Part shown: positions 18,869 to 27,769 of the stretch, in pieces | How the letters are laid out: the number at the start of each line of letters is the position of its first letter | Position numbering within the stretch: the stretch's first letter is position 1 | Source of the DNA: Candidatus Sericytochromatia bacterium | GTDB taxonomy: Bacteria > Cyanobacteriota > Sericytochromatia > S15B-MN24 > UBA4093 | Length of the DNA stretch: 64,000 bases | Reading direction: 5' to 3' | Assembly: GCA_036676985.1 (NCBI GenBank) | Contig: JAKFBU010000056.1 | Location: 128,001-192,000, forward strand | Translations under genes and position numbers: made by a program | The notes under the pieces: model-generated | Told to the model about the DNA's origin: nothing | Seen by the model: only the letters and a program-made list of their open reading frames with translations | The model's database searches: none

Positions 18869-19279
18869 ATGCTCATCACCAAACGCTTCAAGTTCGCTGC
18901 TGCTCACCGTTATTACGACGACGCCCTGAGCCAAGAGGAGAACCAACGCCTGTTCGGCGCCTGCGCCACCCAGTACGGCCATGGCCACAACTACGTGCTC
19001 GACGTGAGCGTCCGGGGGCCCATCGACCCCAAGACGGGCATGATCGTCAACCTCAAGGACCTCAAGGAGGTCGTGAAGGACCGCGTCATCGCACGCTACG
19101 ATTTCAAGCACCTCAACTTCGACCTGGACGACTTCCAGGCGACCCAGCCCACCACCGAGGCGATCGCCATCCGCATCTGGGACCTCTTGGACGGGCGCAT
19201 CCCGGGCTGCGAGCTCGCCCGGGTGCGCGTCTACGAGAGCGACGACCTCTACGCGGACTACGAAGGAGAGCAGGCGTGA
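18869..19279 (+). CDS. 6-pyruvoyl-tetrahydropterin synthase family protein (CX5HGH type), copy 1
   Basis: FAAAHR, CATQYGHGHNY, GMIVNL, PTTE, VYES. Confidence 0.88.
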   Translation: MLITKRFKFAAAHRYYDDALSQEENQRLFGACATQYGHGHNYVLDVSVRGPIDPKTGMIVNLKDLKEVVKDRVIARYDFKHLNFDLDDFQATQPTTEAIAIRIWDLLDGRIPGCELARVRVYESDDLYADYEGEQA

Positions 19280-19734
19280 AGCGTGCGACCCTGACCCGCG
19301 TCTATCACTTCTCGGCCGCCCACCGGCTGCACAGCCCGTTCCTGGACGAGGCGGAGAACCGCGCCCTGTACCGGGACTGCAACAACTTCGGCGGCCACGG
19401 CCACAACTACGTCCTGGAGGTCAGCATCCAGGGCCCCGTGGACCCGCGCACGGGCATGATCTTCGACCTGGTCCGGTTCGACGCGGTGGTGCAGGACCGG
19501 GTGATCCGGCACCTGGACCACCAGTTCATCGGCAGCCGCGAGTTTCCGAGCGAGGTGGGCGCGGACGCCTTCATCTCCACCTCCGAGGTCGTCACCTACC
19601 AGATCTGGACCTGGCTGATGGACGCCTTCCCCGACGGCGTCCGGCTCAAGCGGATCCGCCTGGAGGAGACGGGCAGCAACCACTTCGAGTATCGCGGCGA
19701 GGACCACCCCGTCCGCCAGGGAGTTTCCGCATGA
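19276..19734 (+). CDS. 6-pyruvoyl-tetrahydropterin synthase family protein (CX5HGH type), copy 2
   Basis: FSAAHRLHSP, CNNFGGHGHNY, LDH, STSE, LEET; GTGA overlap with copy 1. Confidence 0.88.
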   Translation: MKRATLTRVYHFSAAHRLHSPFLDEAENRALYRDCNNFGGHGHNYVLEVSIQGPVDPRTGMIFDLVRFDAVVQDRVIRHLDHQFIGSREFPSEVGADAFISTSEVVTYQIWTWLMDAFPDGVRLKRIRLEETGSNHFEYRGEDHPVRQGVSA

Positions 19735-20432
19735 TCAAGCGCGTCGCCCTCGTGACCGGTGCCAGCCGCGGCATCGGCGCCGAAATCGCCAAGCGCCTCG
19801 CCTTCGAGGGGTACCGGGTCGTGCTCGGGGCCCGCTCGATCCAGCCCATCAAGACGCTGGCCGCGAGTCTGCCCGAGGCGATCGCCGTGCGCCTCGACGT
19901 CACCAACCCGCACGACGTGACGGCCATGGTGGAGGCGGCCATGGAGCAGTGGGGGCGGGTGGACGCCCTCATCAACAACGCGGGCCACGCCCACATCGGC
20001 CCGGTCGAGGAGACCACGCCCGAGGCGTTCCAGCACCTCATGGCCGTCAACGTCCTGGGGCCCTTCATGTGCACCCGGGCCGTCCTGCCCAAGATGCGCG
20101 CCCAGGGCGGCGGGCACATCGTCAACATCCTCTCGGTGGCCGCCCGGCGGGTGTTCCCGGAGTGGAGCGCCTACTGCGCCTCCAAGTTCGCGCTCGACGG
20201 CTTCGGCAAGGCCCTCGCCGAGGAGGTGAAGGGCACGGGCATCATCGTGACGGCCATCTACCCGGGGGCCACGGACACTCCCCTCTGGGAGGGCGCGAAC
20301 CTCTCCGCCGAGGCGCGGGCCGGGATGGTGCAGGCCGAGGACGTGGCGGACGCGGTGGCCTTCGCGCTGCGGCAACCCGCCCGCACGCGGCTCGCCGAAC
20401 TCGTCGTGGAGCCTGCCAAGGGAGACCTCTAG
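19731..20432 (+). CDS. short-chain dehydrogenase/reductase
   Basis: TGASRGIG, NNAG, YCASK; ATGA overlap with the upstream gene. Confidence 0.92.
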   Translation: MIKRVALVTGASRGIGAEIAKRLAFEGYRVVLGARSIQPIKTLAASLPEAIAVRLDVTNPHDVTAMVEAAMEQWGRVDALINNAGHAHIGPVEETTPEAFQHLMAVNVLGPFMCTRAVLPKMRAQGGGHIVNILSVAARRVFPEWSAYCASKFALDGFGKALAEEVKGTGIIVTAIYPGATDTPLWEGANLSAEARAGMVQAEDVADAVAFALRQPARTRLAELVVEPAKGDL

Positions 20433-20653
20433 GTCTCGATCGCGGCCACCCGGTAGTAGTAGGGGAGGGTGAAGCCCTCCCGGCGCTTGATGTCCATCCG
20501 CGGGTTGGACTGCGTGCCGTTCAGGTCGCGCACCTCCTCGATGCGCTCATCGAGGCGGATGACGCGCAGGCGCAGGCCGTCGGCCCAGTCCTTGATCGCC
20601 TCGTCCTGCAACTCGTCGGGTGTCTGGGCGACGAACGTCCTCTCTTCCAACAT
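20429..20653 (-). CDS. hypothetical protein
   Basis: GGAGGAG RBS before ATG 20653. Confidence 0.6.
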   Translation of the reverse strand: MLEERTFVAQTPDELQDEAIKDWADGLRLRVIRLDERIEEVRDLNGTQSNPRMDIKRREGFTLPYYYRVAAIET

Positions 20654-20719
20654 GGGTCGGCTCCTCCCTGGTGCGTACCATCCCCATGATGGCCGTGCGG
20701 CAGGGGGATACAAGGACTG

Positions 20720-22246
20720 CTAGCCGAAATACCGGGACGCCGCGCGCAGGATGTGGCGGGCGGTGCGGTCCGCCAGGGCGGCGATGGTGATCTGCGGGTT
20801 CACGCCCAGGGACGTGGGGAAGAGGCTGCCGTCGCAGACGAACAGGTTGGCATAGCCGTGGCAGCGGCCCCAGGAGTCCGTGACGGAGCGTGCGGGGTCC
20901 TTCCCCATGGCGGCCGTGCCCATCTGGTGGGCCGAGAAGACCGCCATGCGGCACGGATCGACGTCCATCCGATCGATAAGGCCGAGGTCCGCCGCGCTCC
21001 GGATCCGCACCCCGGACGCATGCGGCACCAGGACCTCCTCGGCCCCGGCCGCCAGGTAGATGCGCGCGACCGCCTTGAGGCCCTTCTTGAAGCGCTCCTT
21101 GTCGCGCTCGGTGATCCAGTAGTCCAGGACCGGCACGCCGTTGGCATCCACCGAAACCCGGCCCGATCCGTCGTCGTGCAGGAGGACGATGCAGGCCGCC
21201 ATGTCGTTGTAGCGGCTCATGACCCGCTCTCCCTCCGGTCCCCAGGCGTAGAGGTTCGCGCCCATGAGGCCCGGATAGGCGAACACCGCCTCGATGAGGA
21301 TGCCCTCCTGCTCCAGGCTCGAGACGTAGGTGCCGTACTGGATGCCCTGGTAGCCGCGCACCGGTTGGGGAAAGATGCCCACCGCGGCCGTGGTCGGGTG
21401 CAGCGTCAGGTTGTGGCCCAGCCGGCCGCTCTGGTTGGCGAGGCCGTTCTTCAACAGCAGCTGCGGCGTGCTGATGGCCCCGCCCGAGACGCTGAAGAGC
21501 TTGGCCCTGACCCTGAAGCGGTGCGTCTTGCCCGTCTTGGGGTTGGTGAGCACGCCGCGCACGGCCGTGATGCGATCGCCCTCCTGCTCGAACTCCGTGA
21601 CCTCGGCGCGGGGATAGAGCCTGGCCCCGAAGTGGAGGGCGCGCGGCACGTAGGTCACGTTCATGGACTGCTTGCGATCGTAGGCGCAGCCCAGGATGCA
21701 GAAGCCACTCTGGAGGCACTGCGTGCGGTTGTGCTCGAAGCGATCGCCCACAAGCCCAATCTTTTGCGCCCCCTCGAGCAGGAGGCGGCTGTTCAAGTTG
21801 ACCTCATGGGGCTCCATCTTGCGGACGTTCAGGACGAAGCGCACCTTGTCGAGGCTCGGGCGAAGGTCGGCCAGGCGGATCCCCTCGATCCCGTAGTCGT
21901 CGGCCCATGTGTCGAGCACGTGCTCCGGCGGATCGAAGCAGATGGCCCAGTTGACGGTGGTGCTGCCGCCCACGCTCTTGCCATGCAGGACCGTGATGGC
22001 GCCGTTCTTGGTCGTCCGGGCCCCGGCGTCCTCGAACAGGAGGGGCATCATGTCCTGCTCGCGCTGGTTGAAGTCCTTGTGGGTGTGGTACCCGCCCTTC
22101 TCCAGCATGATGACCGAGCGGCCTCCCTCGGCCAGCTCGCTGGCGAGCACGGCGCCGCCAGCCCCCGTGCCGATGACGCAGGCGTCCGCCACGAGGTCCA
22201 GGTCCCGGTCATAGGCCGTGTCGATCGTCGGCATCCAGTCCGTCAT
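20720..22246 (-). CDS. GMC family oxidoreductase (FAD)
   Basis: GTGAGG, GKSVGGSTTVN, SAHQMGT, DGSLFPTSLGVNPQITI. Confidence 0.92.
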   Translation of the reverse strand: MTDWMPTIDTAYDRDLDLVADACVIGTGAGGAVLASELAEGGRSVIMLEKGGYHTHKDFNQREQDMMPLLFEDAGARTTKNGAITVLHGKSVGGSTTVNWAICFDPPEHVLDTWADDYGIEGIRLADLRPSLDKVRFVLNVRKMEPHEVNLNSRLLLEGAQKIGLVGDRFEHNRTQCLQSGFCILGCAYDRKQSMNVTYVPRALHFGARLYPRAEVTEFEQEGDRITAVRGVLTNPKTGKTHRFRVRAKLFSVSGGAISTPQLLLKNGLANQSGRLGHNLTLHPTTAAVGIFPQPVRGYQGIQYGTYVSSLEQEGILIEAVFAYPGLMGANLYAWGPEGERVMSRYNDMAACIVLLHDDGSGRVSVDANGVPVLDYWITERDKERFKKGLKAVARIYLAAGAEEVLVPHASGVRIRSAADLGLIDRMDVDPCRMAVFSAHQMGTAAMGKDPARSVTDSWGRCHGYANLFVCDGSLFPTSLGVNPQITIAALADRTARHILRAASRYFG

Positions 22247-22836
22247 CGGGGGGCCTTGCGGAAGACGTTCGGGTTGGGGTTGGCCGCGAGGTCGCCCTGG
22301 TTGTCCCGGCCGTAGCCCGCATCGAAGCGGCCCACCCAGGGTCCCGCGTAGCCGATCCGGGGCCAGCTGCGCTCATCCATGTAGAAGAGCATGGCCGCGA
22401 GCTTGTTGAGGGCGACGAAGCCCTGACGCTGCAGGCCGAGCGGGCTGTCCATCCAGGCGCGGAGATAGGCGTCCTGCTCGGGGGCGGACATGGCGGTGAA
22501 CGGCTTGAAGCGCAGGGAGAGCCAGGTCCAGTCCTCGAAGGTGCCGAGCAGCTTCCGCACGTCCCCCTGCAGGCTCTGGTTGGCGAGGCTCAGGAGGCCG
22601 TCCGCGGCGGCGGGCACGTCCACCCCGACGCTCTTGGCGGACGGGACGAGGCGATCGATGACCCCGTCGAGCACCGCCCTCTCCTTGGGCGTGAAGAACC
22701 GGAGCCGCCGCCCGGCGGCGGGGTAGGTCACGCGCTCGCAGCCGACGGGCATGGAAAGGGCGAGGAGCCCTCCGGCCAGGAACAGGGCGCTGCGCAGGAA
22801 GCTGCGGCGACTGACGCGCGTCGGTTCCCCCCCCAT
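22243..22836 (-). CDS. Tat-signal partner subunit (gluconate 2-dehydrogenase subunit 3-like)
   Basis: SRRSFL twin-arginine motif; C-terminal WPRIGYAGP; ATGA coupling to the GMC gene. Confidence 0.8.
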   Translation of the reverse strand: MGGEPTRVSRRSFLRSALFLAGGLLALSMPVGCERVTYPAAGRRLRFFTPKERAVLDGVIDRLVPSAKSVGVDVPAAADGLLSLANQSLQGDVRKLLGTFEDWTWLSLRFKPFTAMSAPEQDAYLRAWMDSPLGLQRQGFVALNKLAAMLFYMDERSWPRIGYAGPWVGRFDAGYGRDNQGDLAANPNPNVFRKAPR

Positions 22837-22850
22837 CGGCCTGGGACCCT

Positions 22851-23033
22851 CTAGCCGAGCTCGGGCGCGGCTGCGGGTGCGGGCTCCTGGGCGAGCAAGG
22901 CGGCCTCGCGTGCCTCGGCGGCGAGGCGCTGGGCGCGCTTGGCCTTGATCATGAGGACCAGCGTCGCGACGACCGCGATCCAGCCGAACAGGAGCGAGAG
23001 GAGGGCCACTGGAACGAACCAGGCAGGTAACAT
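22851..23033 (-). CDS. small membrane protein
   Basis: Single TM helix, AAGGA RBS, sits at the head of the GMC operon. Confidence 0.55.
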   Translation of the reverse strand: MLPAWFVPVALLSLLFGWIAVVATLVLMIKAKRAQRLAAEAREAALLAQEPAPAAAPELG

Positions 23034-23145
23034 GAAGATCCTTTCTGAGCCTCAGACCGGGAGCGCTTATTATATACCACCGCCCCCGCCGCGACTCCCG
23101 AAGGCACGCTATAATGAGGCGCACCACGCTAGGAGGAGGTCGGAC

Positions 23146-23799
23146 TTGGCAAGCCGCATCGTGCCGTTGTTCCCCCTCAACGTCGTCCTGTTTCCCGGGA
23201 TGGTGTTGCCCCTGCACATCTTCGAGGAGCGCTACCGGCTCATGGTCCGGCGCTGCCTGGAGGGTCAGCAGCTCTTCGGCGTCGTCCTCATCCAGGAGGG
23301 CTCGGAGGTGGGGGAGCCCGCCACTCCCCACCTGATGGGGACGCTCGCGGCCATCCAGCAGGTGCAGCCCTACGAGGACGGCCGCATGGACCTGATCGTG
23401 GTCGGCGTCACGCGGTTCCGCATCCTCGACGAGCTGCCCGGCGAGCCCTACGCCCAGGCCCGGGTGGAGATCGTCGACGAGCCGGACGAGACGAGCGAAG
23501 CCGGCGAGGTCCAGGATCTGTTCGAGACCTACCTCCGGACCCTCTCCGAGCTCTCCGGCCAGCCCTACGAGGTCAAGATCGTGCGCGACCCCCAGCAGCT
23601 GAGCTACCAGGTCGCCTCGGTGCTCCCGCTGGAGCTCGAGGAAAAGCAGCTGCTGCTGGAGGCCCCGAGCACCTCCGATCGGCTGGCCGTGGAGGCCGAC
23701 ATGCTCCGGCGCGAGACCGAACAGATCAAGGAGTTCGCCGCCAAGAGCCGCGACCTCGGGTACTTCTACGTGAAAGGCAAGCGGCTCTCGCTGAACTAG
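23146..23799 (+). CDS. LON peptidase substrate-binding domain protein
   Basis: PLFPLNVVLFPGMVLPLHIFEERY, C-terminal SLN; AGGAGG RBS before TTG. Confidence 0.9.
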   Translation: MASRIVPLFPLNVVLFPGMVLPLHIFEERYRLMVRRCLEGQQLFGVVLIQEGSEVGEPATPHLMGTLAAIQQVQPYEDGRMDLIVVGVTRFRILDELPGEPYAQARVEIVDEPDETSEAGEVQDLFETYLRTLSELSGQPYEVKIVRDPQQLSYQVASVLPLELEEKQLLLEAPSTSDRLAVEADMLRRETEQIKEFAAKSRDLGYFYVKGKRLSLN

Positions 23800-25199
23800 A
23801 GGACCGCGAGCCCCCGCTCCGCCCGCATTTCGGCGATCTCCTCGGCCGGATACGTGATGATCTCGGCGAGCGTCGGGTGCAGGTGCGGGATGGTCATCAG
23901 GCGCTCGACCGTGCAGCGGAACTCCATGGCCACGATCAGCTCGTGGATGAGGTCCGCCCCCTCGGGGCCCACGATCTCGGCGCCCAGGATCTCGCCGGTC
24001 GCCTCGTCCGCGATGAGCTTCACGAAGCCCTGCATGGCGAGCTTGCCCATGCACTCGGCCTTGCCGAGGTCGGCGAAGTCGTACTTGGCCGCGACCACCT
24101 TGAGGCCCTGCTCTGCCGCCTCCCGCTCGGAGATGCCCACCCGGGCGTAGTTGGGATCCGTGAAGATGGCGCTCGCCAAGAGGCGGTAATCCGCCTGGCG
24201 CGAGGGACGCCGTCCGAGGATGTTGTGGGCGGCCACCTCGCCCTGGTGGATGGCCACGTGCACCAGGAAGTAGTCCCCGAGGCAGTCGCCAGCCGCGTAG
24301 ATGTCCGGGTTGGTGGTCCGCATCTCGTCGTCCACCTGGATCCGGCCGCCCGGCGCGGCCACTCCGGCCGCCTCCAGGTTCAGGGGCGCGATGAGGGGGA
24401 TTCGGCCGAGCGCGAGGAAGATCTCCTCGACCTCGAGCGTCCGCTCGCCAGCCGGCAGGGCGAGGACCATGGCCTTCTTGCCGCCCCGGACCTCGACGCG
24501 CACGGGCTTGGCATGCGTCACGATCTCGATGCCGTCCGCACGCATGGCCGCCTCGATCACCTCCTGCACGTCCGCGTCCTCGCGCGAGAGGACGTGCGGG
24601 CCGCGCAGGACCATCGTGACCTTGACGCCCAGGCGCGCGTAGAACTGCCCCAGCTCCAGGGCGATGACGCCGCCGCCCATCACGACCATGCTCTCCGGGA
24701 GCTTGGCGAGGGTCATGGCCTCGTCGCTCGTGATGTAGCCCGCCTCCTCGAGGCCCGGGATGGCCGGGATCATGGGCGTCGAGCCAGTCGAGAGGAGGAA
24801 CTTGTCCGCCGAGTGCGTCTCGCCGTTCACCTCGATCTGCTTGGGGCCCGTGAAGCGGGCCGCCCCCTGGATCAAGGTGGTGTTGGGCAGCTTGTGGATG
24901 CCCTGGACCCGGTAGTCCTGGAACCCCTTCACCAATTGCTGCTGCCGCGCCATGATGGCGCCGAAGTCGGCCTGGACCGACGGGACGAGGACTCCGAGCT
25001 CCTCGGCCTCGCGGGCGAGTTGCAGCACGTCGGTCGAACGCAGCATGGCCTTGGTGGGCATGCACCCGCGCAGGATGCAGAGACCGCCGAGCGGTCCCTT
25101 GTCGACCAGGGCGACCTGCTTGCCCTGGGCCCCCAGCACCCGGGCGGCGTTGTAACCGGCGCTGCCGCCGCCGATGACGATGACGTCGAAGTGGCTCAT
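23796..25199 (-). CDS. pyridine nucleotide-disulfide oxidoreductase (dihydrolipoyl dehydrogenase family)
   Basis: GGGSAG, GGLCILRGCMP redox disulfide, HPTLAE; no C-terminal CC pair, so not MerA. Confidence 0.9.
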   Translation of the reverse strand: MSHFDVIVIGGGSAGYNAARVLGAQGKQVALVDKGPLGGLCILRGCMPTKAMLRSTDVLQLAREAEELGVLVPSVQADFGAIMARQQQLVKGFQDYRVQGIHKLPNTTLIQGAARFTGPKQIEVNGETHSADKFLLSTGSTPMIPAIPGLEEAGYITSDEAMTLAKLPESMVVMGGGVIALELGQFYARLGVKVTMVLRGPHVLSREDADVQEVIEAAMRADGIEIVTHAKPVRVEVRGGKKAMVLALPAGERTLEVEEIFLALGRIPLIAPLNLEAAGVAAPGGRIQVDDEMRTTNPDIYAAGDCLGDYFLVHVAIHQGEVAAHNILGRRPSRQADYRLLASAIFTDPNYARVGISEREAAEQGLKVVAAKYDFADLGKAECMGKLAMQGFVKLIADEATGEILGAEIVGPEGADLIHELIVAMEFRCTVERLMTIPHLHPTLAEIITYPAEEIAEMRAERGLAVL

Positions 25200-25373
25200 G
25201 GTCTCCTCATTTCTTGGTCCGTTGCTTGGTACGCGCCATTATAGGCCTTCTTCCCGCGGGGCACCAATCGCCCCGGAGGGGGCGTGCCTTCAGCAGCCCC
25301 GTGAAGTTTTGTATACTTCGCCCGGGACCGGTCGCCAAAACCGCCCGGCCTGGCCAGCTGCAAGGAGGCAACG

Positions 25374-26729
25374 ATGCACAAGGGAGCCAATCGGATCGTC
25401 ATCGTCGGGGGCGGCTTCGGGGGCGTCTACACGGCCATGGCCCTCGAAAAGGAGCTGCGCCGCCAGCCGGACCTGAACGTCACGCTCATCAACCGCGCCA
25501 ACTACTTCCTGTACTTCCCGCTGTTGCCCGAGGTGCTCTCGGGGGGCGTGGAGCCCCGGCACGTGGTGGTCCCCCTGCGGACTCTCTTCCATCGGGTCCG
25601 GGTGATCGAGGCCGACGTGCGCTCGGTCGACCTGGATCGACATGAACTGCTCGCCCACCGCGACGGCCTGCAGGAGTTCCTGCCCTACGACCACTTGGTG
25701 CTCGCCACGGGAGCCGAGGCGAACCTTGCGGCCTTCCCGGGCATCGAGCCGGTGGCGTTCCCGTTCAAGTCGGCTGAGGATGCGATCGCCCTCCACAACC
25801 AGATCGTCGACTGCTTCGAGGCCGCCGAGTTCGCCCTGGAAGCCGCGACCCGCCGGGCGCTCCTCACGTTCGTGGTGGTCGGCGGTGGCTCGACGGGCGT
25901 CGAGTGTTTGGGCGAAATCGAGGCCTACGTCAACGGCATCATGCGCTACTACCCGCGCCTGGACCGGCACGACGTGCGGTTCGTACTGGTCGAGCTCGCG
26001 GACCACCTTATCAACGAGGTCGGCCCCGACCTCGGGGCCTACGCCGCCAAGGAGCTCGCGGGCCGGGGCATCGAGCTGCACCTGGGCGTCTCCGTCCAGC
26101 ATGCCTCCAGCGAACAGGTCACGCTCTCGGACGGGACCGTGATCCCGACCCATACCCTGGTCTGGACCATCGGCACGACGCCCGGGGCCCTCGTGAAGTC
26201 CCTGGATCTGCCCAAGACCTCCAAGGGCTACCTCCAGACCGAGGCCACCATGGCCATCTCGGGACACGACGGAGTCTGGGCCATCGGCGACTGCGCCAAA
26301 ATCCCCTCGCCCGACGGCACCCCCTATCCGCCCACGGCCCAGCACGCGGTGCGCGAGGCGCGGCGGCTCGCGAGCAACCTCGTTGCGAGCCTCGACGGCC
26401 GGCCGCTCGCGCCGTATGTCCACCACACCAAGGGGACCTTCGTCTCCATCGGAAACCAGCGCGGGGTGGCCATGATCGGCAAGCGCCCCGTGCGCGGCTT
26501 CCTCGCGTGGGTCATGTGGCGGGCCGTCCACTTCATGCTCCTGCCCGGGATGGACCGCAAGGCGCGCGTCATGGTGGACTGGCTCTTCTCGCGGCGCCAT
26601 CGCAAGGACATCGTCCAGCTCGGACTGCGGCGTCCGCCCAGCCAGATGGTGGTCCGCACGAAGATCGCCTTTCTCCGCGAAGGCGCACCGGTGCCCGAGT
26701 CACCCCCCGTGGAACCGCCTCTCATCTAG
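25374..26729 (+). CDS. ndh: type II NADH dehydrogenase-like FAD oxidoreductase
   Basis: GGGFGG, YDHLVLATG, GGGSTGVE, WAIGDC, TAQHA. Confidence 0.85.
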   Translation: MHKGANRIVIVGGGFGGVYTAMALEKELRRQPDLNVTLINRANYFLYFPLLPEVLSGGVEPRHVVVPLRTLFHRVRVIEADVRSVDLDRHELLAHRDGLQEFLPYDHLVLATGAEANLAAFPGIEPVAFPFKSAEDAIALHNQIVDCFEAAEFALEAATRRALLTFVVVGGGSTGVECLGEIEAYVNGIMRYYPRLDRHDVRFVLVELADHLINEVGPDLGAYAAKELAGRGIELHLGVSVQHASSEQVTLSDGTVIPTHTLVWTIGTTPGALVKSLDLPKTSKGYLQTEATMAISGHDGVWAIGDCAKIPSPDGTPYPPTAQHAVREARRLASNLVASLDGRPLAPYVHHTKGTFVSIGNQRGVAMIGKRPVRGFLAWVMWRAVHFMLLPGMDRKARVMVDWLFSRRHRKDIVQLGLRRPPSQMVVRTKIAFLREGAPVPESPPVEPPLI

Positions 26730-26755
26730 GTTTACGACCAATCTAAAAATTTCTT

Positions 26756-26790
26756 CGGTCCCCGGACGGAACACTTCGTCCGGGGACCGC
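26756..26790. terminator. hairpin between ndh and a lipoprotein gene
   Basis: CGGTCCCCGGACG-GAACACTT-CGTCCGGGGACCG. Confidence 0.45.
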
Positions 26791-26884
26791 GTCTAGGGGA
26801 CAGCAGCCCCTGAGTGGGTTGAAACATTAGACAGCGCCTTACTTTGAGGCGCATTGCTGTCCTCTGGGCAGAAAGGAGTTCTCC

Positions 26885-27622
26885 ATGTTTCGCAAGGTTT
26901 CCGCCATCGTCGCCGCTTCGTTCGCCCTCTCGCTGGTCGGCTGCGGCCAGTTGCCCGGCACCACCACCCCGCCCACGGCGCAGGATGCCCAGATCCGGGG
27001 CCGCGTCAGCCACCTCGGCAAGGATCCCGGCCAGCAGCTGACCCTCGCCCTGAAGCGCTTCGACGGGGCCAACTACGCGAAGATCGGGACCTCCACCAAG
27101 AGCGACAACCAGGGTAACTACGCCTTCGCCTCGCTGACCCCCGGCAAGTACCAGGTCTTCTACGATGACGGCGGCGAGGTGGTCGAGGCGGCCGACGTGA
27201 ACACGGTCGGCGCCTACGTCGACGCCTCGGTCCAGGTGGTCGAGATCGGCTCGGGCGGGTCGGCGACGTCGAACTTCGACATCGGCTGGAACCTCTCGCC
27301 GACCATCCGCCCCAACGACACCTACCGCGTAGGCAGCGCGGACCGCTTCTCGTTCAGCAGCAAGTACGGCACCTCGGGACTGGAGTACCAGATCCTCGTG
27401 GCCGACAGCAACAAGTCCTCGGTCTGGTCGTCGGCCTGGGGCGACACCACGAGCTTCTCTTGGAACGGCAACCGCGGCGACTCGACCAACAGCCCGTCTT
27501 CGAGCTACGGCGGCGTGGGCAGCCACTTCTACCAGGTCAAGTTCCGCAAGTCGGGCACGACCTTCGGCAAGGAAGGCTACTACGGCCAGACCAAGTGGAT
27601 CCCCTTCACGGTCGCGCGCTAA
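26885..27622 (+). CDS. lipoprotein with a carboxypeptidase-regulatory-like beta-sandwich
   Basis: LVGC lipobox; TKSDNQGNYAFASLTPGKYQV. Confidence 0.75.
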   Translation: MFRKVSAIVAASFALSLVGCGQLPGTTTPPTAQDAQIRGRVSHLGKDPGQQLTLALKRFDGANYAKIGTSTKSDNQGNYAFASLTPGKYQVFYDDGGEVVEAADVNTVGAYVDASVQVVEIGSGGSATSNFDIGWNLSPTIRPNDTYRVGSADRFSFSSKYGTSGLEYQILVADSNKSSVWSSAWGDTTSFSWNGNRGDSTNSPSSSYGGVGSHFYQVKFRKSGTTFGKEGYYGQTKWIPFTVAR

Positions 27623-27651
27623 CACACACACCTCCCCACCTCCTGTAGCGA

Positions 27652-27677
27652 AGGGCCGCCCGCTGGGCGGCCCTTTA
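27652..27677 (+). terminator. terminator hairpin
   Basis: AGGGCCGCCC-GCT-GGGCGGCCCT-TT. Confidence 0.6.
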
Positions 27678-27708
27678 GCTCCGTTGAAGACAAAAACCCT
27701 CAACAATC

Positions 27709-27765
27709 CCGTTCGTCTTGAGCCAGGTCGAAAGCCTGTCCTGAGCCTGTCGAAGGGGCGAACGG
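27709..27765. repeat. REP-like palindromic repeat, family A (doubled core)
   Basis: CCGTTCG...[TCTTGAGCCAGGTCGAAAG][TCCTGAGCCTGTCGAAGG]...CGAACGG; related copy at 33335. Confidence 0.7.
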
Positions 27766-27769
27766 TGCC

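Noticed and set aside
18869-19734. Calling the PTPS pair queD because queG is in the window
   Set aside because: Both have CX5HGH rather than the QueD CX3HGH motif, no queC/queE is adjacent, and queG is 21 kb away.
22243-25065. Apparent 940-aa fusion ending in a Tat protein
   Set aside because: The N-terminal part is an alternative frame over the disulfide oxidoreductase and LON-domain genes; the real gene starts near 22836.
23796-25199. Mercuric reductase merA
   Set aside because: No C-terminal Cys-Cys pair, no NmerA domain and no mer operon context.
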